A stretch of 62,997 bases of DNA, filler included, from Octopus bimaculoides (GCF_001194135.2; 4 parts of 4 records of this genome joined end to end with filler, not necessarily neighbours in it), one strand, 5' to 3'. Positions 26,653 through 39,588 are shown, counted from the whole stretch's first letter. A program made the numbers and translations. The notes: a model not told the origin generated them from the letters alone.

Positions 26653-27214
26653 ATTTTCATGTAGTTTTTGTATTGTTTTATTCTAATTTATATTATACTA
26701 ATTTCTTTATTTGTTTTCTTTTTGGATACTGCTCCACCCCTTGAAAACATTTGAAGGTATCCAGATAATCAACTTCTTCAACATGACTCTCACCTCCACC
26801 CTACACATCGTAATTACCACCATGAACCAACAACGGAGTCACTGCCTCTTTGTCTAACTTGCAACTGATAACAACTAAATTGTCTTGAAGTTTTGAATCA
26901 TACCTTATGGTCATTCAGGGTTACACTATACTTGAAAAATAAGACAGGGTGGTCACATTTGGAACAGGATGGTGTATGCCAGCAACAGCATTGTCGATAA
27001 TGTTGTCGTCATCACCAGCATCGTCATCGCCATCATCGTCATTGCCATCAGCCTCATCATCATCATCGTTGTCACTGTCGTCATCATTGTTGTCATCGTT
27101 ATCGTTGTCATCATCATCATTATCATCTTCATCACCACTACCACCACCACCACCGCGACCATGATGATGATGATCATCATCATTGTTATCATCACCATCA
27201 TCATAATCATGATT

Positions 27215-27246
<32 letters not shown>

Positions 27247-27397
27247 TGTTATCATCATCGTCATCAACAAGTCGCCATCATCATCATCATCATCATCACC
27301 ACCATCACCATCATCATCAACACCATCATCATCATCAATTCATCATAATCAATTCACCATCATCATCATCATCATTATCATCATCATCATCAACACC

Positions 27398-27453
<56 letters not shown>

Positions 27454-28377
27454 TGTTATCATCATCATCAAGTTGCCGCCATCATTATCATCATCATCAT
27501 CATCATCAACATCATCATCATCACCAATTCATCATCATCATCAATATCATCAAGTCGCCATCATCACCATCATCATCAACACCATCATCATCATCATTAT
27601 CATTAACACCATCATCGTTAAAAATCACCATCATCATCATCATTGTTGCCATCATCGATGTCGTGAGCAAGATAATCCTTCATCATCATCATCCTCACCA
27701 TCACCGTGAATATTCACCCTACCACCACCACCATCACCACCATCATCACCATTAGCTGCATCCGCTCACCTTCAGAAACTTCGTTATCTCATTAAGGTTG
27801 TGCGGAGGTAAAAAAGAAAAAAGTGTGTAAATCAAACCCTTTCCGAATAAACGATAGAATAAAATAAAATAAAATAAAATATAATAAGATGCAAATAAAA
27901 AAAAGATTAAAAAAGGACAAATAAAAAAGTAAATAGAATGTGATAGGAATCCCCTCTATAAGGGTTATAGAAGCTCCATCTTCTCCCAGGAATTAGGGAT
28001 GTAAATTTGACAAGCAATCAAAAAAGGGGAAAAAAAATCACTCTTCAGTATTCATTCCAGATAAAACGATTTAAGGTTCAGGCAACCATCAACGTTGGCA
28101 TTATGATCCTCATTGGCATCATCATCATCATCATCAGCATCATCATCATCATTATCATCGATATCGTCGTCGTCGTCATCGTTGTCTTTGTCATTATCCT
28201 TATCTCTGTCTTTGTCGTCATCATTATCATTGTCATTATGTTTCGTCGTTGTCTTCACCATCATCATCGTCATCGTCGTCGTCAACAACAACAAATCATT
28301 ATCAACAACAAAATAATCATTCTTATAATCATCATGATCATCATGATCATCATGATGATGATGATGATGATGATGAT

Positions 28378-28418
<41 letters not shown>

Positions 28419-29294
28419 GCAGCATCATTATCATCATGTCATTTTCAATATCATATCATTATCATCATCAACATTATCTTTGTTGTAGTCTTCCTGCTCT
28501 TCCTCCTCCTCCTCCTCCTCATCATCATCATCATCATCATCACCATCATTATCATCATCATCATTGTTGTTATCTTCAAGTTCATTATCATCATCACCAT
28601 CATTACTGTCATCATCATCATCATCATTATTATCAAGTCATCAAAATCATCATCATTCTTCTCTTCATCATTATTGTCATAAGGAACGGCAGTAATAGCA
28701 GCAGTTGTGTGAACATCATCATAGTCATCATCATCATCATCATTGTCATCACCTTCATCTTTGTCCTTGTCCTAATCTTTGACTAAGACAGATCCTACTT
28801 TAATTCCAGTGGAGATTATTCCATTTGCTAGATCAACTGAACTGCCATTTTTTTGTTTTCTTTAGAGCCATCATCATTATGACCGTCATGATGACCGTTA
28901 TCATGATGACCGTCATCATAATGACCATCATTATGACCGTCATCATTATCATCATCATTATCGTCATCATTATGACCATCATCAGTATGACTGTCATTGA
29001 CTGTCATCATTATGACTTTCATTATGAATGACATCATTATGACCGTCATTGACATCATTTTCATTACTGTTATTATCATCATCACCACCATCATCATCGC
29101 CATTGTAATCAGGATCATGATCATGATTATAACTGTTGCCAATCATTGTCCTCATAGGCTTCATCATCGTCATCATTGTTATCATTTCCACCATCATCAT
29201 CGCTATGATCATGATCATTATCGTCATCATCAGCATCATCATCATTGTTATCTTTAATGTCTTTCTGATCATTATTGTCATTGTCATCACCACC
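23100..29294 (+). repeat. About 6-kb field of degenerate trinucleotide repeats (CAT/CAC/CGT/ATT) with embedded (TA),(TCTA),(TG) tracts
   Basis: Directly visible; source of the poly-I/H/S/M/D ORFs. Confidence 0.95.
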
Positions 29295-29394
29295 NNNNNN
29301 NNNNNNNNNNNNNNNNNNNNNNNNNNNNNNNNNNNNNNTTAATTAATTAANNNNNNNNNNNNNNNNNNNNNNNNNNNNNNNNNNNNNNNNNNNN
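29295..29394. other. Artificial scaffold spacer N44-TTAATTAATTAA-N44 (also at 36991-37002 and 55294-55305)
   Basis: Identical six-frame-stop 12-mer centred in N runs three times. Confidence 0.95.
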
Positions 29395-29395
29395 T

Positions 29396-29641
29396 ATACA
29401 GAGTGCGATGGTAAATTGTCGCCATTTTATATTTTTAATCTGTGCAGTTTGTTTTTGATTTTGTCGACTACACAGTATACCAGTATAGTAGGGTCAGTTG
29501 GGCACCGTCTGTGAAAAAAAAAGCACCATGACGCAATTCACTCACCCAGAAATTTGGAAACGACATGCTATACTGCTTGGAATTCACGCTGGAATCTCCG
29601 ATACGAACATTTCAGAGTGTTTGGGTATCAATCTGAAGACA
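29396..29641 (+). mobile_element. Tc1/mariner 5' end: TIR plus transposase N-terminus
   Basis: TATACAGAGTGCGATGGTAAATTGTC (similar to the 2450 end); ATG 29528 MTQFTHPEIWKRHAILLGIHAGISDTNISECLGINLKT, HTH-like; truncated. Confidence 0.75.
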
Positions 29642-29659
29642 GGGCAATCTGAGGACATG

Positions 29660-30170
29660 TACCGATACTGAGGACCTCAAGCGAGCAAAGGTCACCAGCC
29701 TAGAAGCCATTTTACTTGAGACACGACTACGTTGGGCTGGACACGTTGTCAAGGATGAAAGACCACCGCCTACCCAAGATCATCATGTACGGTGAGTTCA
29801 TCACTGGCCACCGCAAAAGAGGGACACCAAAGAAGCGTTACAAGGACTGCCTGAAGCAGTCCCTTGGCATTTGTGTCATTGATTATCGTGAGTGGTCCAC
29901 TCTAACAGCTGACCGTACTGCCTGGCGCCATACCATCAGCGATGCTGTTTCCCCCTTTGAAATCTCTCGCAGTGCGTCTCTTGAAGACAAACGTCAGAGG
30001 CGAAAAAAATAAATACAGCTGCATCATTAGACCCTAGACAATCATACCGTTGTCATCATTGTAATCGGATATGCCGATCCCATATCGGCCTTATCAGCCA
30101 CGAGCGAGCGTGCGGACGATGTGGACAACAGCCTTACTAATCTTCGTCAGCGAAGCCAAGCCAAGAAGCG
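29660..30170 (+). mobile_element. RTE-clade LINE 3' end
   Basis: RLRWAGHV/RMKDHRLPKIIMYGE...KRYKDCLK...DRTAWR motifs, C-terminal C2H2 YRCHHCNRICRSHIGLISHERAC, 3' CTTCG..CGAAG stem and CCAAG repeat tail. Confidence 0.92.
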
Positions 30171-30198
30171 ATATCTTATATTATATATTTGTGTGTGG

Positions 30199-30287
<89 letters not shown>

Positions 30288-30589
30288 TGTATAAATATAT
30301 AAAGGATAGTTGGAGTTCCTGTGTTTAACAAAGCCGTGGTGAAGGCAATCTATCTAGCAGAAGGTAACTCTGAATTCAAATCCTTCACTGCTATCTTGTG
30401 GTTAGCTTTGATTGGGCAAAAACTGGGAGAAGGGCACTCTGATATAAAACCTGTGACTGCAAATGCACCCAATGGTGTCGACTTGCTCTTTTGGGATCAC
30501 GCATTGTAGTTTAGAGAGTGGGATTAGTTCTGTACAAAACTTTTCCTCACTTCGTATTGCTTGAAAGGAAAAGGAAATGAACATCTTGC

Positions 30590-32590
30590 ATGTACATGGC
30601 TTGCCGAAGCCTAAAAAGGCACAATCAAACAATAAAAGTCAATATTGATACTGAAGTAAATGGCAATAAAGGACTCTGGAACATTTTGTTCTATAGAATG
30701 CTCGAACCTCTTGTTGCAAAAGAGTTGCAGCGATATGATATGGATGGCGTAGCATTAGCCGAGTTAATAATTCACAGAAAAGGGGAGTATGTAGAGAAAT
30801 CAGCAGGGTATCACTTATTTTGGAGCAATCGAGGCGAGACCTGTAAGAGAGAATCAGGAATAGGATTTGCAATTAAAACCACACTGATTTTGAAACTACC
30901 ATATGGTCATTCTGATCGCTTGATCTCTTTAAAAGTTCTATTAAGAAAGGTTCGCCATGCAACACTCATAGGTACATATTCTCCAACTATGAATTCCTCC
31001 GAAGACATTACAGAGATTAACCGCAGTATCCTTCCTGATGACAAGGTTGTCATTTTAGGTGATTTTAATGCTCACGCTTGTGCAGATTGGGAGACGAGGT
31101 ATTTTAGGAAAGCATGGGTCGGGAGTTCCAACAATAAAGATTTACTGCTGTTACAAATGTGTGTAGAGATGGATTTGGGTGTCATAAACACAATGCTTCA
31201 ACTAAAAAATAAGTATAAAACGACATGACTGCACCCTGGATCGAAGAAATGGTACTAGGAAAAGTGATATCCGGGATTTTGCTATAGTGCGAGTTATGCG
31301 TGGTACAGAGTGCTGGACGAACCACAGGCTTTTGCGTGCTAAGATGAATTTTGCTGTCAAGCTTAAGGCTAGAACAGCAATATCAAATTACCTAAACGGG
31401 TCAATGTCAATAAACTTAAAATACCGTCAGTACACAGTGATGGAACTTGGAATTCATTCAAAGAGTGAATCTATGAGATTTGTTGTAACATTCTTGGTTT
31501 TGTTGTGAAAAAGCACCAGGATTGGTTCAACGATAATTATAAAGAAATATATCTTATCTTAGAGGAGAAGCGAAAGGCATTCAATATGTTGCCAAACGCT
31601 AACTTTTCAACAAACAAGACAGTAACTACACATTTTAAGGAAGTAAAAGCAATAGTGCAGAGGAAGCTGAGGATGGTGCAGGAAAATTGATGAAGTGATA
31701 GATGCGATGAATTCCAAGAAGCTTCAAATGCTAATAATTCAAAACATCTTTACTTTCTCTTGAAATAAAATTATGGTCCAACTTCACCAACGGTTGCTCC
31801 ATTTCATAGCAAGGATGGCACAGAATTATTAAAAAATCCTAAATATATTGTTACGAGATGGAAAGAGGATTTTGATGAGTTGCTCAATAGACCCACCGAA
31901 GTTGATCTCTCTGTTCTTGATAATATACCTGAAAGACCAACAAAACATCTTTTAGCAGAGGTTCCCAACCCAGCTGAAATAAAAGCGGCTATCATGAAAT
32001 TGAACTACGGAAAGTCTCATAGTGTGGATGGATTAGGTGCAGAGATATACAAATATGGTTGTGAACATCTCTGTACAATGTTGCAGGTGTGATTCAGAGG
32101 GTTTTGCACAGTGAAGTAGTTTGTCAGGATTGGCGTGATGCGATTTTGGAGAAACTCTATAAATCGAAGGACGGAAAGGATGTCTGCAATAATTTTCGTG
32201 GAATCTGTCTCTTAGCTGTGACTGGAAAGGTCCTTTGTTGGGTAATGCTTGATAGATTGCATCCGCACATTGCTAATGAGGTTCTACCAGAATCACAATA
32301 TAGGTGGTAGGAGTATTATGGATATGATATTTTCAGGTAGACAGCTACAAGAAAAGTGTATCGAACGGGATATGGACTTATATCAGGTTTTTATTGATCT
32401 TACAAAAGCATTTGATTCTGTAGAGTTGTACTTTGGGAGATCTTGAAAAAGCTGGGCTGCCTTGAAAAATTTGTGAGAATGCTTAGGCAATTTCATGATG
32501 GAATGGAGATTTAATGTTGGAGGTATCTTGTTAGATCCAATTTCTGTAGAAAATGGTTTGAAACAGGGTGATATTCCTGCTCCTACCTTC
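30590..32590 (+). mobile_element. RTE-clade LINE, APE endonuclease plus RT N-half, pseudogenised and 3'-truncated
   Basis: ESGIGFAIK, YSPT, VILGDFNA (APE); HQDWF, NYGKSHSVDG, NNFRGICLL, VFIDLTKAFDSV, GLKQGDIPAPTF (RT); many stops and frameshifts. Confidence 0.95.
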
Positions 32591-35500
32591 ACTAGAGTAG
32601 CTAGAGGGAGTTGGGGGAGCGGTCCGCCCCGGGCGTCACTTTTATGGGGGCGGTAACACTTTTGGGTCTACTGTAGGCTAGAAGCCTGTATAGGCTGTAT
32701 TGAAATCAAATAATAATGGTTTTAATGCAACAATAGATATAGCAACACGTGACCTGTTTATCGTTTGAAACATAGATGCCCATATATGGTGACATCGTTT
32801 ACACTCGACGATATCGCTTACAATATATCTATGGCGTTAGCCCTTTCTTTTCCTTATATGGTCGTATCACATGATCCCAAGCTCACTCTTTTGTGACCCT
32901 ACATAAACACTGTAAACAGTGGGATCACTTCAGTATCATGTAACAATCATTATCTTTGGTCTTAAATTCAGATTTCTTGTTCCGAAATTCAAGAGTTATG
33001 CAAAATATTAATGTAAGAGACGATTACAATTTGCCAGGACAATGTTTTTACCGTAGTAATTTTGCTGTTTTGCCAACGCTGTAATCTATATCTATAAACG
33101 CAAAATCCGAGACCTCTGTATTTTAGTCTACATTTGCTCTACATACCTTTTTGGAATCAAGATGATCCCGGGATTGAAAATCTGCTCTTCATTTAGTTTT
33201 TGAACATACAGCATTGGGATTTGATTTGGTTGGCGGTAGTCAGATGACGTCAGAGATCAAGGGGGAGATAAATGACATTCGCATTGTTAATTTTACGTCG
33301 TGATAAGAACTTTGGGACAAGTTAGCCAACAGTTGGAATTCAACTTGGGACAATAAAATGATTGCATTACAGAATTAATTCTCATCCATCTGAAACCTCT
33401 GATCAAACACCACAGGGGCATATAGTCATTATAGACGTATAGTCATGCTATTTAGCTCTCTTTAGCTTTGAGGTGCAGGCCTAATTAGCCCTCTGCAGGA
33501 GCTAGCTTAAATGTCCGCACAGAGCCAGGATTTTAAGCTAGTAATGAATAATGTATTTATTTTATTTATTTATGTGTTTCAGCCAAGTGGCTGCGGTCAT
33601 GCTGGTGCACCACCGTGAATGTATGTTATACATTTTGAAGGTTTTTTTTGTAAATTTAGAAAAGCATTCTTTTGCTGCACAGAGATTTTTTTCTAAGTGT
33701 GTTATTTGTCAAAACTGTAGAATTTGTGACTTGTAATATTTAGCTTCATTACTTTAACCTCAAGTTCTCATCTTTTAAAAGAAATTTTAGACTATCATTC
33801 CATCCCCAGATGAAGCGAACTAAAGAAAGTGGTACTGCTTATAGGAAAAAGAGAAATGCAAGAGAGAAACTATTAAAAATTAAAAAAGAATAAAGGGGCA
33901 CGAGTGAAATACAGCAGTCCTTTATAAACTACTACCATTGAAGCTAAAGGAGTTTACAATTCCAAATCATTGTCAAAGTTCAGTTCAGTTTCAAGCAATT
34001 CAACTTCAACTCCTTCAAGTAATGAAGAACATGAGGAAGAAAATATTTCGGGACCAGCTGCGGACAGAGTGAACAGAAAAGATGTTGGCCTATGACCAAG
34101 CAAGATTATCAATGACACACTGTTCTTTCTGGTACATCTGTGGTTCAAAATCTAGATTCTGATTTTAGTGAAGTAATTCAAGGTGTGTCAACCAAAATAC
34201 AAACTAGAAAACTAACACGCGAGTGGTTTTTTTCAAAGTCTGCCAAATGGCGAAAAAATGTTGAGATCATGGATGGTGTACGCTGCTTTCAAGGAAGCTC
34301 TTTACTGCTTTTATTGCAAACTCGAAATTTAATTCCGAGGAAGGGTTCAATGTATGGAAAGAGTTGGAAATTAGGATTGCTCGTGGAGCAACAATTGATA
34401 AAAATGAACAAGTTGTTGAAAGCGAAGTGGAAAAGTGGAAGGAAATCCTTTCAAGATTGCTGGTATTATTAGATTGCTGGTTAAACAGAATTTGGCTTTA
34501 CGAGGCCACCGAAAAGAAATGAATTATGAGAGAAACGAGACTGATGTGAACTTGAAGCAACGGAAAATAGGGGGAAATTTTTAGAGCGTGTTCATTTGTT
34601 GGAGAAATATGATCCAGTGCTATGTGAACATATTCTAAAACTCCAGCTGGGAAACAAGTTTGCTACCTTGTATCTCTCTCCTATTCAGAAGGAGTTTACA
34701 GAAATTTGGGGAAGAAGCAAAGTCCTCAGGCAAATAAAAGAAGCCAAGTACTTTTCCATGATATTCGACAGCATTCCTGATATTTCACACATAAGGATAA
34801 AACGAGCCAAGTTTTACGCTATGTATGACGGAGATAAAGTGAAGGTTGTGTAATTATTTCTCGACGTCACTGAAACAAAAGGTAAAACCGCCGAGAATAT
34901 TTCAAAGATGATACTGGAAAAAATTAGAGAAAGACGGAAATGATATGATAATGCTAGAGCGATGACTGGCTTACATACTGGTGTTCAGAAACGTAACAAG
35001 GAAATTAATCAAAAAGCAGAATTTGTCGCTTGTACAAATCACTCCTTGAATTCGGCGGGTGTTCATGCAATTTCTGTTGGAATGAATTCTGTTACCTTTT
35101 TTGAATGTGTGGAACGATTGCTTGTATTTTTTCCTTCATCAACCCATCGCTGGGATGTTCGAATTACAGTCACTGGTCAAAGTGTCAAGCGCATAACAGA
35201 AACTCGGTGGAGTGCGAGAGAAGAAGCTGTAAGTGTTGTAAAGAAACGTTTCTTAAAAATCTTAAGTGCCCTAGTAAAGTTAACTCGTGAAGAAGAAAAT
35301 ACAGCTACAAGGACAGACGCTGATGTTCTACTTAGTGCGCTGCAATCATTTTCCTTTTTATGCTTTCTTGATATGTGGGGACTCATCCTTCTTGAAATTA
35401 ACGACACACAGACTTGCTTCCAAACCAAAGGATTTAACATACAACAATGTGATATAAAACTCAAGGAATTAGAAACATTTCTAGCTGAAATACGGACAAG

Positions 35501-36260
35501 CTACTGACGCTAGCTATACCAAAGAAATTTGCGATGATCTGGATAGTCATGGAGCGTCAGCGTCGACCCAAAAAGAAGAAACAAATGATTGGTGAAGGAT
35601 CCCGAGATGCTGAATTGTCATGCGATATTGAATTGAGGGTGGAGGCGCAATGGCCCAGTGGTTAGGGCAGCGGACTCGCGGTCATAGGATTGCGGTTTCG
35701 ATTCCCAGACCGGGCGTTGTGAGTGTTTATTGAGCGAAAACACCTAAAAGCTCCACGAGGCTCCGGCAGGGGATGGTGGCAAACCCTGCTGTACTCTTTC
35801 ACCACAACTTTCTCTCACTCTTTGTTTCTGTTGTACCTGTATTTCAAAGGGCCAGCCTTGTCACACTGTGTCACGCTGAATATCCCAGAGAGCTACGTTA
35901 AGAGTACACGTGTCTGTGGAGTGCTCAGCCACTTGCACGTTAATTTCACGAGCAAGCTGTTCCGTTGATTGGATCAACTGGAACCCTCGATGTCGTAAGC
36001 GACGGAGTGCCAACAACATTGAATTGAGGAGAGAAATGTTTCCTTCACTCGACAAAGTGATTCAAGAAATAACGTTGAGATTTCAACAGCTTCATGAACT
36101 TGCTGAGAAATATGCCTTCCTTATCTCGTTGAATCTTTTGGATGATAGATATGAGTGTCAAATAGATCACGATCATGATGACATTGATAAAGAGGAATTC
36201 CTAGTCGAGAGAAAAAGACTTCAGCATTTTATTGCTGTTACTGCTATTTAGGAGCACTGA
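32590..36260 (+). mobile_element. hAT transposon with decayed ZMYM1/DUF4371-like transposase (ATG about 33810)
   Basis: GTAGCTAGAGGG...GGTCCGCCCCGGG hAT-type end; TTF zinc-finger SWMVY...YCFYCKL, NLALRGH, YFSMIFDS, CTNHSLN, ETRWSA motifs; frameshifted; interrupted by a SINE. Confidence 0.9.
35639..36017 (+). mobile_element. Full-length tRNA-derived SINE family C with 12-bp TSD
   Basis: A box TGGCCCAGTGG, B box GGTTTCGATTCC, (CAA)n tail; TSD ATTGAATTGAGG at 35627-35638 and 36018-36029. Confidence 0.95.
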
Positions 36261-36386
36261 GCACTTGAAATTTCATATAGATTATGTGGGTACGTTATTT
36301 ATAAACCCTTATGTAATCTTAGTATGTAATTTTGTATATATGCAAATGCAAGACTAGTCAAGCGTATATCTTTATATGCGGGTATT

Positions 36387-36439
<53 letters not shown>

Positions 36440-37047
36440 ATATATATATATACATGTTTTTTTAATGTGTGTGTAAATAAATAAATACTTTTTATTAGTG
36501 TGAGGGAGAGAATGTAAGTTATTAATGGTGTCTGTGATTTCGCGTATGTGTACGTGTGTATTTGTGATATCAAAATCTTTCCTGAAAAAGTGCATAAAAT
36601 AAAAGCGGTATCTTGTAAGATAGAACTGTGTTTGGTATCGGATACAATAAAAAAATGTGTAAGACAAGTCTGGCTTGAGTGTAAAAAAAGAAACCACTTG
36701 GACGTCCCAGGACATAAAATCTGATTTATAGCAATAGCCACTGTTATAGTGGTGAGCAAAACTGTCAACAAGCAAGAAAAATACTTATCTCTTTCAAAAT
36801 ATAACGGCCTGTCTTTATTTTGTTTTATTCCTTGCATTCACTTCCTTCTCTTACATGAAAGTGGTCGTGTAGACCCGCCCAACTCGGTACACACACACAT
36901 ATATATATACATACATACATATATATCTATCTATATATATATATATNNNNNNNNNNNNNNNNNNNNNNNNNNNNNNNNNNNNNNNNNNNNTTAATTAATT
37001 AANNNNNNNNNNNNNNNNNNNNNNNNNNNNNNNNNNNNNNNNNNNNG

Positions 37048-37414
37048 GACGTCCTGTTCGATCTTCATCTTCAAGGCTAAAATCTCCACTTCTGAATTTT
37101 GCAAACCATCTTCTGCAAGTTCTTTCATTCAAGCATTATTTCCCATAAACTGAGTGTATGTTTCGAGTCGCTTCGGCTGCAGAGTTTCCTTTTTTGTACT
37201 CATAAAGCATTATGTGCCTCAAATGCTCTTTGGATACTTCCATGTTTGAAAGGGTTTTAATCAAAGAAATTTTAATTCTATTATTCTGTAAAATAATATT
37301 TAATTAGTTTAAATGTACACAAATGCATAAAAATAATTTTTAATTTCATTAGACATTCTAAAATAGAATTTTAAAAAAGGTAAAATCGGACAGAACTTAT
37401 GGAATGACCTGATA
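37048..37414 (-). mobile_element. Mariner 5' end: TIR plus HTH transposase N-terminus
   Basis: TATCAGGTCATTCCATAAGTTCTGTCCG end; ATG 37243 MEVSKEHLRHIMLYEYKKGNSAAEATRNIHSVYGK*CLNERTCRRWFAKFRSGDFSLEDEDR, typical mariner HTH; cut by gap. Confidence 0.9.
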
Positions 37415-37542
37415 TATATGTGTGTGTGTATAAATTTACTTGTATTGATACACACAAATACATACATGTATGTATATACGTGCACGCACACATATGTGTG
37501 TGTGGATGTCTGTCGTAATCACTATATCGTTTTCTTTTTTTT

Positions 37543-37755
37543 TTCTACTCTTGGCACAAGGCCCGAAATTTTGGGAGAGGGGGCCAGTCGATTAGATCGA
37601 CCCCAGTATGCAACTTCTACTTAATTTATCGACCCCGAAAGGATGAAAGGCAAAGTCGACCTCGGCGGAATTTGAACTCAGAACGTAAAGACAGACGAAA
37701 TATCGCTAAGCATTTCGCCCGGCGAGCTAGTGTTTCTGCTAGCTCGCCGCTTTAA
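37543..37755 (-). mobile_element. SINE family A copy, young
   Basis: TTTATCGACCCCGAAAGGATGAAAGGCAAAGTCGACCTCGGCGGAATTTGAACTCAGAACG. Confidence 0.92.
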
Positions 37756-37814
37756 TGTCGTAATCGCTATAGAAAGAGTAAATACGTAAATAGATGCTAA
37801 TGTTAAAGAAATCA

Positions 37815-38030
37815 AAAGGTGGCATGCTGGCAGAATCGTTCCGCATCGGAAAAATTGCTTAGCAGCATTTCTTCTGACTTTACGTTCTGAGTTCAAATGC
37901 CGCCGGGGTCGACTTTGCCATTGATCCTTTCGAGGTCGATAAAATACGTACCATTTGAACACTGGGGTCGATGTAATCGACTTGCACCCTTCTCCGAAAT
38001 TGTTAGCCTTGTGTCAAAATTTGAAACTAA
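37815..38030 (+). mobile_element. SINE family A copy, inverted relative to 37543-37755
   Basis: CGTTCTGAGTTCAAATGCCGCCGGGGTCGACTTTGCCATTGATCCTTTCGAGGTCGATAAA. Confidence 0.9.
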
Positions 38031-38697
38031 TTAAATAAATCATGGATTTTGATTTATCTCCTGTTCAGACCTGAATTTTAAATAGCGTTGATGTAAATTT
38101 CATTATTAAACAAGACTGGAGCGCTTCAAGCGCGTAAAATTCAATTATTTCCAATGAAAATTACTGCTACTTGATAGATTGAATGGTATTTGCTAAAAAA
38201 AAAAAAAGTCCAAGATGGCTTTTCATTGAACAAAACGTTTATTGTTCGCCTCGACTCTGTACATCTTTCCAAATACGACAAGATTTTGTCAGAGGCAGGA
38301 GGCCAGTATTTGTGACCTATTCACAAAAGTTCGGAGAATGGTAGGGAGTAAAGAAAGAAGGATCTAGGGCCCATGGATTATAATCATACCAACGATGTTT
38401 TCCGAATGAATGCAACGGAGTGAACTCCATTAAAGATACCCGAAGACCCGGAGATAGTATTAAATCGGATGACGGTTTAGATCTGGGACCCCATCCCATT
38501 CAACGGGCTTCTTACACAGTCTCGACTACTCAGTTTTTCCTCACAAGGCTTGGAACGATTCGTTACCATGACAAATATCGCTTGACCAAGCTATCGCTTA
38601 GTGGAATCGGAACTCGGAGCTATGTGGTTGTGAAACGAACTTAATTATTGCATCACCATGTCTGCATCTGTAGAATGCATAACATCAAATGTTTCGT

Positions 38698-39002
38698 ATG
38701 TGTATTTCGTGTGCAAGATTCTTGATGTGGATACGTGTGTTGAAAGAAATACAATTAAACCTTGGGAGAGGCATTATGCCGGTAATAAACACACGCACTG
38801 GTTCAGTCCTTTATTAATTTATATAGTTTTTTGTTAAATTATTTCATTGCACTCTTGCAAGTTACTCAAGAGATTGCAAGTTACTGAAGAGATTGCAAAA
38901 GTGCAATGAAATAATTTAACAAAAAACTATATAAATTAATAAAGGACTGAACCAGTGCGTGTGTTTATTACCGGCATAATGCCTCTCCCAAGGTTTAATT
39001 GT
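38698..39002. mobile_element. Asymmetric fold-back element with perfect 104-bp arms
   Basis: 38750-38853 is the exact reverse complement of 38900-39003; flanking direct repeat ATCAAATGTTTCGT at 38684-38697 and 39003-39016. Confidence 0.88.
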
Positions 39003-39342
39003 ATCAAATGTTTCGTTTGGTTATTTATTTTTTTCTTCAGTTTTTCAACGGATAAGAGAAATGAAGAAAAATAGTCTATGGCTCCAGACCCTCAATAATG
39101 ACCAGTGTTGGTATTCAAACTTCGGAAAATAAGATGAGCTTATGTGTCCCAAAGGGTGGTTGATACTTCGACGAAACTAGAATTCGGTTGGAAGGTGAAG
39201 AGCAAAGTTAAAAGACTGTCATTAAAATGTTGAACTGGACATTATTTATACTCACATGATTTATGGTACAAAATACCCACATGTTTTATGGTACAGAGAC
39301 TGACGCAACTTCAGTATATTTCTTTCCAACGTTTGTGAAATA

Positions 39343-39560
39343 TTGGTTTCAAATTTTGGCACAAAGCCAGCAGTTTCAGCGGAGAAAGGTAAGTCGATTA
39401 CATCGATCCCAGTGTTTAACTGGTACTTATTTTATCGAGCCCGAAGGGAAGACAAGCAAAATTGACCTCAGTGGAATTTGAACTCAGAACGTAAAGACAG
39501 ATGTTAATGTCGCTGAGCATTTTGTCCGGCATGCTAACGATTCTGCCAGCTCCTCGCCTT
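39343..39560 (-). mobile_element. SINE family A copy
   Basis: GGTACTTATTTTATCGAGCCCGAAGGG...GACCTCAGTGGAATTTGAACTCAGAACGTAAAG...TCTGCCAGCTC. Confidence 0.85.
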
Positions 39561-39588
39561 ATCGTTTGTGGAATATTACGTGGTGAGA

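Noticed and set aside
27775-27792. Possible 18-nt minus microexon (ITKFLK) with AAG|GTGAGC donor
   Set aside because: The first AG after the pyrimidine tract is a non-consensus GAG; no other support.
24532-29342. Long ORFs encoding poly-His/Asp/Ile/Ser/Met, tempting as His-rich beak or structural proteins
   Set aside because: Open in nearly all frames on both strands because CAT-type repeats lack stops; no signal peptide, unique domain or consistent splice structure.
35639-35715. tRNA-like sequence with A and B boxes (also 39589, 53010-53085, 54140-54216)
   Set aside because: These are SINE heads: they continue into a shared body with tail and TSDs and lack a complete acceptor stem.
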